From Lingula anatina (lineage: Eukaryota; Animalia; Brachiopoda): a DNA stretch of 64,000 nt. The notes beneath the pieces were generated by a model, which had not been told where the DNA came from, ran no database searches, and saw nothing but the letters and a program-made list of their open reading frames with translations. Position 1 is the first letter of the stretch; each line of letters begins with the position of its first letter. The stretch spans positions 3,782,001 through 3,846,000 of the forward strand of contig CM120647.1 of NCBI GenBank assembly GCA_051362555.1, in the 5' to 3' direction. Shown here in pieces: positions 36,538-49,688 of the stretch. Made by a program: the position numbers and the translations under genes.

Positions 36538-38236
36538 AATCATATTGAAGCCCTTACGAAAATTGACCCAATTTCCTATAGGATCCTATAGGACTTTTTC
36601 GTTAGGGAGGAGTTATCCCAACAAGTTGTTGAACCTTTTCTTTGTGATTCGTGGGTCTTTTTTATATTTGTTAATTTTATCCGTTGATTTTTAAATTACG
36701 AAATAGTTACTGTAGTACTTGTTAATCTTTTTTGCTAATTCTACTGCCATCTATCGGAGAACTAAGGAATGAAAATGAACGCTAGATCTGAATGAATGTA
36801 TTTGTATTTATTTACTTTTTTATACAGATGTGTTTCAGGACGCAAGTGTTGAAATACAATTCGAAATTGTTGCCTTTAATATATTTAATGTATTTATGTT
36901 TTAAATTTACCGGTATGTTACCAAAGCATCCCGTGTGTTAAGCTAATTGTAAACGTTGTTTGTTCGTTTTTATTGGAAAGGAGATAATTACCTTATTTCA
37001 GGCGGGTATATATGTAATATTTACATATCTATTACTTTCGGAATTACAAAGGGTAATCACATATAAGAAAAACTTACAATATGATATCTAATTTAAGCCT
37101 TTTTTCTAATCGTTTTGAGGCGGGTCCTTCTAACGAAGTACTAGTATAATAGTACCTCCAACTAACACTGAAATAAATAAAAACAATCTCATCATTTGTG
37201 TTTTTAGTCCATTTGTCAGAAAGTTCATATCTATTTTCCATTGGCTGCCATTTTTAGAAGAATTGTGAAATTAATACTAAAATTTTTATGTAATATTCGT
37301 ATTGTTTGTTTGGTCTTAAACCGGTGTCAGATTTCAAAATACACTTGGTCTGCTCGTGGAAGAGGTCTGCTTAAACGCCATGTGGCTTATTATGTTTTAC
37401 AAAAACAAGATAATGCATTTTTAGTAATACAAAAACACTACATGTAACCAATATAACTTGGATGATCCAAATCAGTAAAAACACTATCAAACTAATTTTA
37501 ACATTACCTTATGGCCGAATTTTTTTTTTGAAATTTGAGGTAAATAATTAGCACAAAAAAGTATTTCATTTTTAGCATTCTTCAAGTTAGAAAGATGATT
37601 ACAATAAAAAAAAAAAAACAATTACCTCATCTAAAATGGCACCTGTATTCCACTCAATAAAACTCAGAGAAGCTACATTTGTCTTCACTAACACAATCCA
37701 TGGCTATTTTGTGTCTTTGTGAGGCGTGGAAATTAGCGTTGTCTACTGCTTCACGCCATTAGCACTGTGTCAGATTTTATGCTGCAGAGTTTAATAACAA
37801 CGGGAACATTTAACATGTTCAAGAATATGGCGATCCTTTGTTACGACACGAGTTTTCACTCTCCAAACTCTGTCAGCGGAGTTTCTATTACTGTCAGCGG
37901 AGTTTATATTACTTGACGGTCATTTCTCTCTGATTGCCATAGAGATGCTGATTGTTGACAGACAGGGATATAGGTCAACTAGATGTGTGCTTGGTGACAT
38001 GTGTTTAGGAGGCTACAGGTACTTGTATATACATGTATGGTGACACGTGTTATGTTGACATGGGAAGGCGTTGCCTGGGGATATACTGGGGAAGTGCTTG
38101 GACATGTTCAGCATAACCTGCTCAAAATTGCTACATACAGTATACCATAACGTTACACACGTAAGTACATGTTTCATATACAGTTTGGTGTGTGGCCATT
38201 TGTGTTTCACAGTGACCTCAACACTAAACATTTTGT

Positions 38237-38353
38237 TCCTCCGGATAGGTTCGGCCTTTTCCGTAACCGCCGCTTCCTCGGCCTTTGAAGACTGGGATCC
38301 GTTATGAACTAGCGTCACTCTCTTTTTGTATCTGGGTCCTTAATCAGACAAAT
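38237..38353 (-). repeat. Inverted 117-bp copy of KCNQ terminal-exon segment 35933-36049
   Basis: Reverse-complement match with 7 mismatches and no indels. Confidence 0.95.
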
Positions 38354-38354
38354 T

Positions 38355-38525
38355 CAGGCCGGAGCCGGGGGAGGGGTAGGGGTGGGGGGTTGGGGGTGTC
38401 GAAAGATCCCTCTTTTTGCTGGAAAAAAATGTTGCCCCTGGGTAACGTTTATCTCCGTACATGACTGTTTCGTGGTAAAAGGGGCACTCTTTTCAGAAAA
38501 ACAGAACCCCCTGGCTACGGGTCTC
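38355..38525. mobile_element. Short MITE (possibly hAT-like), copy 1
   Basis: Imperfect TIR caggcc..agcc / ggctacgggtct. Body homologous to 55661-55828. Confidence 0.65.
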
Positions 38526-39321
38526 GTACATGTACGTTGCACAAAGCATTGCATCGATCCTGGGCGTGTGATGCACATCGTATGATACCTCTTTGCGACT
38601 GCTGGCTTAAGTTTACACAATGTAGACTGTGAATAATTATTTCTTATATGTATTTTGCTTCTAATGAAATTTACTAGCACATATTTAGATTGATGATGGT
38701 GGACGCCCTCTTTTGTTCAGAATTGTCACTGTGAGTTGAGCCTTGCATGTATAGTACAATCTAGAACATGCCGATGGTGGAGAATTCAAAATCGAGACGC
38801 ACAAGTATAAGTATGCTCTGGCCCCTCTCATAGTAGTAGGAGTGGAAGGTTATAATTATAATATTCGGACACCGGGTAATCGATGTGTAAGTATACTGTT
38901 GTGTGCGCTGTTCAACCGGTGGTTTTTGGGGATAATTATTAATATTTATGATATAGAGCATATATAAATATATATTATGGCACTGTAATTATATTGCCAA
39001 GTTTATAATTAAATACTTTTTTCTGTTGAATTTCAGCTTCCATCACAAGCAACGGACTACGGAGGTATCTGCTGCGGGATGATGCGATAACAGTTCTAAC
39101 GCGTAATTGTCTGGTAACAATGGCCTAGCTGGAGTAAAACTGTTCATTGGAGGTTCATTCATCTACACATGTTGGATTCAACTGAGAAATAATTGGTGTA
39201 TTCACATACGAACTGTACGAAAAATGCTGCGTTACAACTTATGCCAGAGAAGCGTTCACACTTTTCTTTCAGCAATAAGCAATAAGCATGGAATCTGAAG
39301 TTTCACACGTACTTGACATTT

Positions 39322-39586
39322 CTAAGTTAAACCACGGCTAACGCGTAGAACAAAAGACTCGATCGTGCTGTATTCGACATACAAGCACGTCATGTACGAG
39401 TGCGTTCCACGGTCTGTTGCACTACTAGTGTAGTAGCCAATCAGAGGCCGTGGTTTAAGCCAGATACAACACTCGTCGCCGAGCTGTACGTGAAAATTAC
39501 TCGTGTATTGTCTCGCCTGCGGCTCGCCAATACACTTGTAATATTTCACGTACAGCTCGGCGACTCGTATTGTATATATCACTTAA
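39322..39586. repeat. Dispersed hairpin repeat (second copy about 62690-62826)
   Basis: Long stem gtcgccgagctgtacgtgaaa..tttcacgtacagctcggcgac. A diverged copy lies at 62.7 kb. Confidence 0.7.
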
Positions 39587-42500
39587 TGTCACCAAGCCCA
39601 TTAATGATTCTGATTGAAATTAGAGGATAGGTAGCCCGAGGAACACACGGATGACTGCAAACATTAATGGCTTAATATTATTTGATTGTCTGGTTAAGAA
39701 ATCCGAATCTATTTCCAAGTAGTTTTGTAGAATGATAATTGGTTGCAGGAAAAAGAAAATTATTTCCACCGCATTGTGTAAAATATATTCTGATTTATAC
39801 TTGTCCGACGCTTTGTTTTTCAAAAGACTGTATCAATTTTATCCAAATGATTGAATAAGTCTTATATAAGCTAAAAAACACAATATTGAATTTAAATGTT
39901 CGAGTTAATTAAGATTTTGGGGATAGAACTGTTGAAAAAGCATTTGTTCAACTTCAAATTTAATAAAAAGAAATGACCAGTCAAAGAGTTGTGAACCCTT
40001 CATTTCTACCTTATACGTTTGGAGTCGGCTGTCATACCGACTGAGCTATTGCAACAGAGAACCGCGGGTGCTTCGGAACAAACCTTTATTGCTATCTGAG
40101 TGTAACGCTCTTTTATTACTTCACAAAATAAAGTTTAAAATATAGGATTTCTGGGACTCGATCCTGTCATCTTGTGGTTCTCAGTCTAGCACGTTACCGA
40201 TTCTTCTATTCACCCAACCACCCACCCTAAAACTTGGATTTTCTCTTTATAATTTGGGACATTATTTGTTTTTATATTTTGACAAAGTATCACCCCAGGG
40301 ACTAGATCCCTGCATCATTTTGGTATTTCCCAAAAAGTAACGTTACCGATTCATCTCTTCACCCCGTGACCAAAATTATGACTTGGACCCTCTCTATGTT
40401 ATTACAAAAAATGTTAAGTGAATTTTGCATTGGTAATAAGAGTAAATTGGAGTCTGCTACTAACTTTTGTCAACTTCTGGAGAAGAACATTCAATTTCAA
40501 AAGATTTCTTATGATGTTTGCAAAAACTGGTACAATTCAGAAAAACCGTCGGAATAGTATCATTACAATCACTCACAACGCAAAAATAAATATTTTACAA
40601 ATTTATTCACACTTTAAATACACCAGCTAACAAACGGGTTACAAAATTGTTGACAATGAAAACGATAGCTAATATTTTACATTTTAATGCAAAATATGCC
40701 TAGCAAAAATAACCACACATTATTTTATGAGCAATAAAACATGCAAAACAGTCGATGTTACGACTACAGTCATTAATTTTTAGAAAAGAGTCATTAATTT
40801 ACTTTAGAAAAGAAGACATCGAAAAAACTTACAGAAAAATACATACATACGTATGATGAATAAAAAAGTTTGCTCGCCAGACAAAATTGACAAGTTGATG
40901 AACGAGTGAGGGCTCTCTGTGAACAGATCAAGAGGGCGGATTTTAATTTTGTTAAACTGGCATAGCATGTAACTACTTAATTTTGGATCTGTTGTTTGGT
41001 GCTTTGTTTAATATAGTTTCACACTGTGGGCAATTTTGGAACATAAAAAAATAACATTGAGGGGTTTCTTGAGGTCAATTGCCGAAAAGAAAAAAAATGG
41101 AAAACATTGCCGTCTACCATGTTCGTCAAGCAACATTTTAATTTGGTCTGGCGCCACTGAAAGCTAATGGCTCACACACATTTATAATAAAAGTGGAAAC
41201 CGTCAATTGTGACGTCACTAAAAATACAAATTAATCTGACCTACATCTGTATCTGAAATGTGAAATAATAAAGCGAATCGGTGATGTTCATTAACGTTTG
41301 TATTGACGTTACTTTTACATTACTTAAGAATAAAAAATCCAGGCGCGTTACAAGTACTTGGCCGTCAGCAGAAACTTTTACCTCTCTTACATGCGGAGGT
41401 TATCCTACTCCATAATCTAAAGAGATGCTAACATTCTTTTTAGAAAACTCACTCGCATACATAACTTTTTAATTTCCATTTAAAAATGTGAATTGTTCCA
41501 AGCAATTTGAATGAATACAGGAATGTTATTCGGCTCATCCCTGAGATTAAAAACGGGATAGCTCGTACAGCTACTGTTGCTAATACATATTATAAAATAA
41601 ATTGTAAGCGATGCTCTCCTTATATAAACTTTCTACCAAATCAGATCCGTTATGAAAGTATGGCTCTAAAATAGATATCGTTAGATTACATAACAATCTA
41701 TGACACATGGATTCAATAATATCATATTCATCTGTGTTATATTTTAGATATAATCCTTAATCTTATCAAAACACTATACTCGTAGACATCTTTATAGTTG
41801 ACTGCACATGTACGTCGTATCCTTAAAAGGATAATAACTCTTCGTTTCGGCCAAAAAATGAATTTTCCTGGAGTAAACAACAATTTTCCCATACTTACCA
41901 ATGGTTAATGAATCCATTTTTACATTCAAAGTTAGTCCCTGGTTTTTTTCTAAAAAGCTTGGTAGAGTAAGCCAGTAAAGAGTATAGCCATCAATGGAGG
42001 TCACGTGGTCTAAAGACAAGCTCAGATATCAGAATAATAGCTATAACTGCGGTTTTTTTGTGGTAAAACAGAATATATTATATTTCTATGAGTTATTCAC
42101 AATGTTTTTATTGTGAAATATATATATCATAAGAAGAGTTAATATCCCTTTAAGCTTTATCGATGTGAATTATCACTGATGCTTGTAATTGCTCCTAATG
42201 CTTATGTAACATCAGGAGTACATCTAAGTCGGGTAAGAAACAATTGTTATGAGTACAGTGTTGACATTCAATAAACCCTCATGATGCCATGCATTTTGTT
42301 CCACAAGATGTACATATACCCCGTTACTGACAGTACTAAATCGCGATTAAAATACAAATAAACGCCACGCCAAGCTGCTTACAACAAACCACATGACAGT
42401 TTTACTAGTAGTGTCCTATATGTCCTGCCTACCGCGTTAGTCTGAGTATGAAACTTGAAATCATTGTCGTTATTACATCCAACTTGTTCACCAGGTTTAC

Positions 42501-43285
42501 TGGTGACTTCACAGAAATCCTTGCTGACCGTGTCCAGTATTCACGACATTGTTCACTATCCAAAAGAACTACTGTCGGTATAAATGCTTATATCAAACCA
42601 GGGATGAAGCCTAGTCGAGTTAACAGACAGCCTCTGCAATTTTCGAAAATCCAATATGGCCACCCCTGCCAACTTCAAATCGAGGCTCCAAAAAGGGATA
42701 AAGGGTATTACGCAACAGAGGCTATTGATGCATGTAAAACACGACACGCATGTAGGTATGTGCTGGCATCAACCATACAGGTAGTATAGGAATGGGCGGT
42801 TATAAATAAAAAAGTCAATGCTTAGTGTGTTGTTGGTATAATGTGCCTCGATCGTCATAACAACATACCGGCACGTTGCAGTCTGGGGGGGGGGGGGGGG
42901 GTCGCAAATACATAAGAAAATATATTGAGTTTTCAAACAGAACAACATATATGACAATCTGTTTATTGAAATAGTTTCATATGTGTTGGCCGTCAAAATT
43001 TGTCGTAAAATTGATGTTTTTCTGTCGTGTGTATGTTACTTTGTATCAATAATAATATTGTTAAAATGATTAAGATAGAGGGGTTACAAAATAAAAGCGA
43101 CCTTGTTTGGCCAAATCTCGAACAATCGATATTCTCTGTTGCCAATTCTTTCTTGTTGCGAATGGGACAATGAAAGTTTGAAGTACACTGGGATGGAACA
43201 GACATAAAAGTAAAATAACTGTGAATATATCATAAAACGCGTCGTATGTTTGCATGCACGTTTTTTCACATTTCGCTGTTGAGGC

Positions 43286-43474
43286 TCAAGGAGGTATACA
43301 TTCAAATTCAACAGCTAGGGCGTCTTCAACTGCTGCGTCATATGACCCTCTCTCCGTTAAAATAATAGCGGTATAGCTGCCATAACTGAACAACTCTGGG
43401 TCGATTGTTGTGAAGCTTAAGCGATTTTCTAACGGACTGGGGTCAATAATACTGTTGAAGTATCCATTTGTCCA
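43286..43474 (-). CDS. Probable terminal exon of an unidentified minus-strand gene
   Basis: Strong acceptor ttcttgttttttag|. Open frame WTNGYFNSIIDPSPLENRLSF..EFECIPP*. AATAAA downstream at about 42962. Confidence 0.4.
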   Translation of the reverse strand, partial: WTNGYFNSIIDPSPLENRLSFTTIDPELFSYGSYTAIILTERGSYDAAVEDALAVEFECIPP

Positions 43475-44925
43475 CCTAAAAAACAAGAATATATACAACT
43501 AAACAACATGTGAAATGCATCCGCGTAGTCTTTTTTAAATTTAAAGCCGAACGTCTAACATTTTATCGCAACTCAAGTTGGGGTCTATGCTTTAAAGGAT
43601 ATGAATGTAACTGCCACGTACACCGCACTTGTCCTGGTATTGAAATACGGTAGAATTATACAAACAATTTGAAGAACATATTGAAGGTGACACAAGTAAA
43701 CAATTGAAAAATTCATGAAAAAGCTTCCTAGAGGAGTGTTCTTATTTGGACCAGAACACAACAAGTAGACGTAGGGCAGTCTTACGGTTGTTGCTTGTCC
43801 TTTGCACGGGAATCTTACGCATTGAGATGTTTTGGGAGGGTATAAAATCATACCTGGCTTGTCCCCTCTCCCCATCTCCCCCTCTTGCTCTTTGTTGTCT
43901 TTTTAGGCAGTTTTTAAAACTTGACATCAGAGACAGAAATAATGCTTTTTCGTTCATGTCCCTTCTTTTATGTGTTATCGCATGCTTTTGGCGTACTTCC
44001 CCCGCGCACAACATGTATAAGCCTGTTTTGCCCGATATTTTAACAATATAAGGTACCATCCGAGGCATCTCTTCTTCAGATGAGGAAAAAATCACTTTTC
44101 ACGAAACACGGGATCTCCGTTCTCAAATTGATTTTTCTCAAATGGAAAGTTTCTCTTAGATAGTATGGCCGATGATTTTAGACAAATCAAGACAGTTCAG
44201 AAATCGAAAAATGCAATATATTTATATTATAATATATATGATGTTTTGTAATATTCATTTGCTATATTGGCGCTTTAACGCTTAAAAAAAAACACTGAAG
44301 AACTACTGTTAGTGTACTGTTCGTGTAGTGATCATGGAATTTATAGACAGTAAAACACCAGACATATAAAACGACAAGTAATACGGGAGGAGTGGGGTGG
44401 GGTCATGGCAAGGGTAGGGCTCGAACCAAAGGGTGTTACAAGCCGATTCATCAATACTTACTTTATGGACTTGCACGCTGACCACTACACAGACGAGCTG
44501 AAGTTGCAAACCGTCTATTTTTTGTCTTAAAGAAGGATTACCATATACACTTATAATAATGTTATTTAATCGTATTATTGCATAAAGATAGGACTTTCAA
44601 ATGACCGGACCTACATTACTGTCATAGGTGTAACAGGTATAAAAAGAATACAAGTCCTACCTACCATAATTATGAGCCAGGAAGCCAAGTCCCAGTAGGA
44701 CTACTAATCCCAAGTAATGGTACAGGTGGTTCTACGGATAAACGTTACCAGGACCTGTCGTTCTACGGATAAACGTTACCAGGACCTCGGTTCCTGGTGG
44801 ATTTGAATTATACTGCTACACCGGCAATCTCTTCGTGCAACCGAAAATTAGTCCTAATGTGCTCCCTATCAAATGATAGTCAAGTGTTTACTGTCATAGG
44901 TGTAACAGGAATAAAAATAATACAA

Positions 44926-45479
44926 GTCCCCAATTTATTAGAAAAAACGGGCGACGATTGTTTGCTGTTTACAGTAGCTTCCTCAGAGGTCGCCTGTATC
45001 CTAACCTGTTGACACCAGTTTGGTGTTCGCTAAGAGCTTTGTAAAACGCGTTTTGGTGACAATTTGCCCCTCATTCTGAACCGACTGGGTGGTTTTGATT
45101 AGTTGCAATGCATGTCCTATCTGGCACAGGTTTACAACCATTTAAAACACTGCTTAATTCATTTTACGAACTGCAAAACCGACCGCTTGCATGCAAAAAA
45201 TTTAAAATTCTGTTATGCAGTAGTTGCCGACATATGGCTACTTAAATGACAGAACCATGCTTCTCCAAAGCCAAGTTCTGACTAGCCCAAAGGAGCACTA
45301 CCCAATTAAATCACTGCATATTACACAATGCAGCAGTGTAACAGACATGGTAGTCAGTTAATTGGTAGCGACACACCTGACTACACACTTCTCATGAGAT
45401 CTGAGTTTTTTTTAAAAAGAATGCATTTTACCTAGGTATACCTTTGAAACTGAAATATCCTATAATAAATGTCAAGTCT
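44926..45479 (-). mobile_element. Truncated, internally deleted copy of the Tc1-like element
   Basis: Colinear with 12722-13449 apart from an internal deletion. Ends in the same TIR (..aaatgtcaagtct). Confidence 0.85.
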
Positions 45480-45616
45480 ACCTGTATATATATAAGGAAA
45501 ATAGGGCGAGATGAGTTCGATTCCCACTCAGTTCTGCGTTTTTCTTTTTTAAAATATTACTATTTACTAATCTCTTATCATGGTTTAATGCTTGATGTGA
45601 CGCTTATCAGCTAGTG

Positions 45617-45914
45617 TTATTACCCCCGACAAGGATGTTATGTTTTTGGTACCGTTAGTTTGTCTGTCTATCTGTCTGTCTGTTAGCAACATTACAGAAA
45701 AAAGCTTTGGACCCATTTTGATGAAATTTTCAGGAACTGCCAGCAGTGGGCCAAGGAACAGATGATTTTTGGTGGTGATACGGATTATTAATTAATTAGT
45801 AATCAATAATAATAATAAAAAAATCATTATAGAATGAAAATTTAGGGGTGAAACGGCATTGGGTGGAGACTTTGCTGCCTTGGCGGAGGTTTGCGCTCTC
45901 GGAGTGCTTTTCTA
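45617..45914 (+). mobile_element. Helentron-associated (HINE/DINE-1-like) non-autonomous element
   Basis: Subterminal inverted repeat cc(c)ccg(a)caagg / ccttggcggagg, (GTCT)n microsatellite, 3' stem-loop gcgctctcggagtgc, T-rich ends. Confidence 0.7.
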
Positions 45915-46565
45915 TTTGTAATATGATATCAGGTGGGGGTGTTAAGATTGTTACAATGCGGTAGGTGTGCTATCATATTGGTTATAGTATGATATATCTC
46001 ACCATACCTTGTTCTTAAGGTTGCTGAAAATAAATGGCGTTCTAGTTTATTTGTGCTTCTGCTATTTCATCCTCTTAAATCGCCACACCACTATGCCACC
46101 CTCAACAGGTTTTCTAGGTAAATAGGCATTTTAGATTAAGGATGTAGATAACAGGGGTAGCTATCTTCTAAACCGACCAAGATATACCAACATGTTACAT
46201 ATCAATAGAAAGCTTATTTCAACTGCTTTTCATTTCATATCCTTATTTTATTATGTAATTGTTACGTAATGAGATATAATGCTTAATAGGTGTTCTCAAC
46301 ATGATCTTTACACCTTAAAAACTAGAAGTCCACTACAAATGGACATGTGTAGACAGCTTGACTCGTGAGCCCTCACTGGGATCAACAAAAATGCGCCTCA
46401 AATTAGCGATATGTGTTAAATTAGCTGAGATATAAAAAAAATGCCAAGGATGTCTCAGCGTGTCAACGAGTATAGGTCACATACACACAAGTTGTGTCAT
46501 ACGGGATCACATTTATATTCAGTTGGATACTACAAGGATAGAAACTAGTCAATGAGACGCCGGGT

Positions 46566-49500
46566 ATGTTATCTATTCAGAAAAAAGACAAAATGAAAAA
46601 GACAGCTTCGTTGGAAAGTCTACAAATAGGGTGTTGGAATGTACAGGGTCTGGGACAGAAACTCCAGGACCCCGATTTCGTCAATTATATTTCACGCTAC
46701 GATTTACTAGCTCTTACTGAAACTTGGACTGATCAAACACATTTCCCATCTCTTCCTGGATATATTATGTTCCATAGCTATAGAAAGTCAAAGCCAAACT
46801 CTGCGCGCCGAAACTCGGGTGGAATTTTAGTTTTTGTTAAAAAGTGCATTAGTGCTGGTATAGAAAAACTAAAATGTAGAAGTGAAAACATCCTTAGTAT
46901 TAAACTTAAAAAGTCTTTTTTTCATACGTGCAAGGATATCACTCTACTTACTGTATATATCAGTCCAGCAAACTCTAGCTATAGTGTACGCACCAATGTA
47001 GACATGTTTGACTCTCTCCACGAGGAAATAACTCAAGTTGCCAACAGTTCTCATGTGATTGTTCAAGGCGATTTTAATGCCTATACAAATGTTCACCCAG
47101 ACTTTGTGCAGGAGGACTCTGTTAATCATATACCCATAGCTAATGGGTTTTACTCCTGTGATTTACCAGGTTTTAGAAACAATATGGACCCTCACAAGGT
47201 GAACGATTTTGGAAAGAAACTTCTGGACTTATGCAAAACTTGTAATGTGAGAATTTTAAACGGAACAAAAATAGGAGATCTGGTAGGAAGGTACACTAGT
47301 TACCAGCCTAATGGGTGCAGCACAGTAGATTATGTGGTGTGTAGCTCCGAACTTGCTAGAAGTATTTTGTTCTTTAAAGTAGAGGACCTGACCCCCTACT
47401 CAGATCATTGCCTACTTCAATACATCTTACCCTGTCATATTACCCAGAAAAATTCACATACAAGCAACGCACATCCTATACCATCAAAATATAGGTGGTC
47501 AAAAGACTCAGGTGAAAAATTTTTAAGTGCGCTCTCCAGCATAGAAAGCCAACAACTGATCTCAAAATTTTATGAAACCAGTAACCCTGAAACATTAGTA
47601 ACTAGATTTAACGCCATAATGAAATCTGCAGCAGACAAATCACTCTGTTGCACTAGGCAATTGAAAAGGAAACGGCCAGTAAGAAAAAAAGTGTGGTACA
47701 CAAAATCTCTGCTAGAAATGAAACAAGAACTAAAAACTTTAGCAAAATCTAGAAGTAAATACCCAAATGACCCAGTTGTGGTGGGGACTTTTTATAAATC
47801 CCTAAATAAATACAAAAGAACCTGCAAAAAAGCCTCTTATGAATATAAGGCGAGCCTCCTCGAAAAACTTCAAAATATGGAAGGGAAAGATCCAAAGGCT
47901 TTTTGGCAAACTGTACAAGATCTAAACACTAGTAAAAACAAATCAAATTCTACAGAACATGTTGATCCGCTAACATTTTTTGAACATTTTAAAAAACTCA
48001 GCAGCAGCGCTGACTTAGGCAAATATGACGACACCTTTAAACAAATGCTTGAGTCTCAGTTGCCAGTTAAAGAGGCTGAAAATGCAAATTTTGACAGTTT
48101 AGATCATGAAATAACACAGGCTGAAATACTTAAGCAAATCAAAACTCTAGGGACAGGCAAATCTCCGGGTGAAGATAGAATCACCAATGAAATGCTGAAA
48201 GCGAGTACGGCAATCATAGTACAGGTACTGCATAAACTATTCAATGCAGTATTTTTGAGTAAACAATACCCAAAAATATGGAATAAAAGTTTCATTGTTC
48301 CCCTCCATAAATCTGGTGATCCCAGTAATGTAGACAATTACTGCAGTATCTCTATATCAAGTTGTGTAGGAAAACTATATAATTCCATTCTGCTTTCAAG
48401 ACTGAAAAAGATATGCTCACAACAGAGTGTCCCTCAACCCAACCAAACTGGTTTCATGGAAGGACATAGCACCTCCAATAACCTATTTGTCCTGAAATCT
48501 ATAGCCACAAAGTTAACAAGATCTAGGAAACGTTTATATGCCTGCTTTGTAGATATGAGTAAAGCTTTTGATAGTGTATGGAGGAAAGGTCTCCTCTATA
48601 AATTACTGAAACTCAATGTAGGGGGAGTGTTCTATGCCAACATTCGATCAATGTATGATCAGGCTACAGCTTGTGTAAAAACTTCCAGTGGCTTAACTGA
48701 TTGTTTTCCAACGATGAAAGGTGTCAAGCAGGGAGACACTCTCAGCCCCTTTTTATTTAATATATTTGTGGATGATATGTTAAAGCTCATTGATGATGTC
48801 AAAAGCGATTCTCCCATAATAAACAACAAACCCGTCACAGGTCTCTTCTATGCGGACGATCTTGTACTGCTGTCAACTAGTGCCTCTGGTTTACAGTACA
48901 GTCTTAACCGTATTGAAGCTTACTGTTTTACATGGAGACTCTCTATAAATCTTTCAAAAACAAAAATTATTATCTTCAATAGCAAGGGAAAGGTACAGAA
49001 CAACCAGGTGCAGTGCAAAGAAAAATTTTTTCTCTATAACAGTCAGTTAACAATAGTTCCCAGTTACATGTACCTTGGTATTCTCTTTACAAGATCAGGT
49101 AATTTCACAGCTGCTCAACTGAACTTATACGAAAGGGCACAGAAAGCGCTCTTTAGTCTGAAAAGTTATATGCCACTCTGTAGTAGTATATCATCCTCAC
49201 TTGAAGAAAAATTATTTGACACTATGATCATACCGGTGGCTACATATGCTGTTGAAGTCTGGGGCTCCTCTAGAATCACCGACAAATCTCCGGTAGAAAA
49301 AATCCATTTACGCTTTTGTAAAGAACTCCTAGGTGTTCATTCTAAAAGTACAAACCAAGCTGTCAGAGGAGAACTTGGTAGGCTACCAGTGTCCTTTAAA
49401 ATCCAAACACAACTTATAAAATTTTGGCAAAAAATATTAAACTCGGAAGATAATAGTTTGTTGAAACAGGCCTACCTAGATGAAATAGAAAATTACAAAC

Positions 49501-49688
49501 TTTTAAACACATCCAACCTTACAGAGATAAAGCAGGAAAACATGTCATGGTGCGAAGGTGTGAGACAAATACTTTTTGAGAATGGCCTTGGTGATGTGTG
49601 GCTAGGCCAAAGATATGATAAAAACTTTATCCAGCGGTTTAGGGAAAGAATCAGGGACAGAATAACACAGAATGGCAGAGAGACATAA
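46566..49688 (+). CDS. LINE ORF2 endonuclease-reverse transcriptase (frameshifted near the end, continues 49739-50124)
   Basis: 1040-aa ORF with APE and RT motifs. The C-terminal Zn-finger region lies in other frames. Confidence 0.88.
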   Translation: MLSIQKKDKMKKTASLESLQIGCWNVQGLGQKLQDPDFVNYISRYDLLALTETWTDQTHFPSLPGYIMFHSYRKSKPNSARRNSGGILVFVKKCISAGIEKLKCRSENILSIKLKKSFFHTCKDITLLTVYISPANSSYSVRTNVDMFDSLHEEITQVANSSHVIVQGDFNAYTNVHPDFVQEDSVNHIPIANGFYSCDLPGFRNNMDPHKVNDFGKKLLDLCKTCNVRILNGTKIGDLVGRYTSYQPNGCSTVDYVVCSSELARSILFFKVEDLTPYSDHCLLQYILPCHITQKNSHTSNAHPIPSKYRWSKDSGEKFLSALSSIESQQLISKFYETSNPETLVTRFNAIMKSAADKSLCCTRQLKRKRPVRKKVWYTKSLLEMKQELKTLAKSRSKYPNDPVVVGTFYKSLNKYKRTCKKASYEYKASLLEKLQNMEGKDPKAFWQTVQDLNTSKNKSNSTEHVDPLTFFEHFKKLSSSADLGKYDDTFKQMLESQLPVKEAENANFDSLDHEITQAEILKQIKTLGTGKSPGEDRITNEMLKASTAIIVQVLHKLFNAVFLSKQYPKIWNKSFIVPLHKSGDPSNVDNYCSISISSCVGKLYNSILLSRLKKICSQQSVPQPNQTGFMEGHSTSNNLFVLKSIATKLTRSRKRLYACFVDMSKAFDSVWRKGLLYKLLKLNVGGVFYANIRSMYDQATACVKTSSGLTDCFPTMKGVKQGDTLSPFLFNIFVDDMLKLIDDVKSDSPIINNKPVTGLFYADDLVLLSTSASGLQYSLNRIEAYCFTWRLSINLSKTKIIIFNSKGKVQNNQVQCKEKFFLYNSQLTIVPSYMYLGILFTRSGNFTAAQLNLYERAQKALFSLKSYMPLCSSISSSLEEKLFDTMIIPVATYAVEVWGSSRITDKSPVEKIHLRFCKELLGVHSKSTNQAVRGELGRLPVSFKIQTQLIKFWQKILNSEDNSLLKQAYLDEIENYKLLNTSNLTEIKQENMSWCEGVRQILFENGLGDVWLGQRYDKNFIQRFRERIRDRITQNGRET

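Noticed and set aside
43742-44095. 117-aa minus-strand ORF and overlapping ORFs
   Set aside because: No recognisable domain or consistent splice signals.
44612-44930. Short direct duplications (31-bp tandem; ~42-bp repeat 270 bp apart)
   Set aside because: Local rearrangement debris next to the Tc1 fragment.
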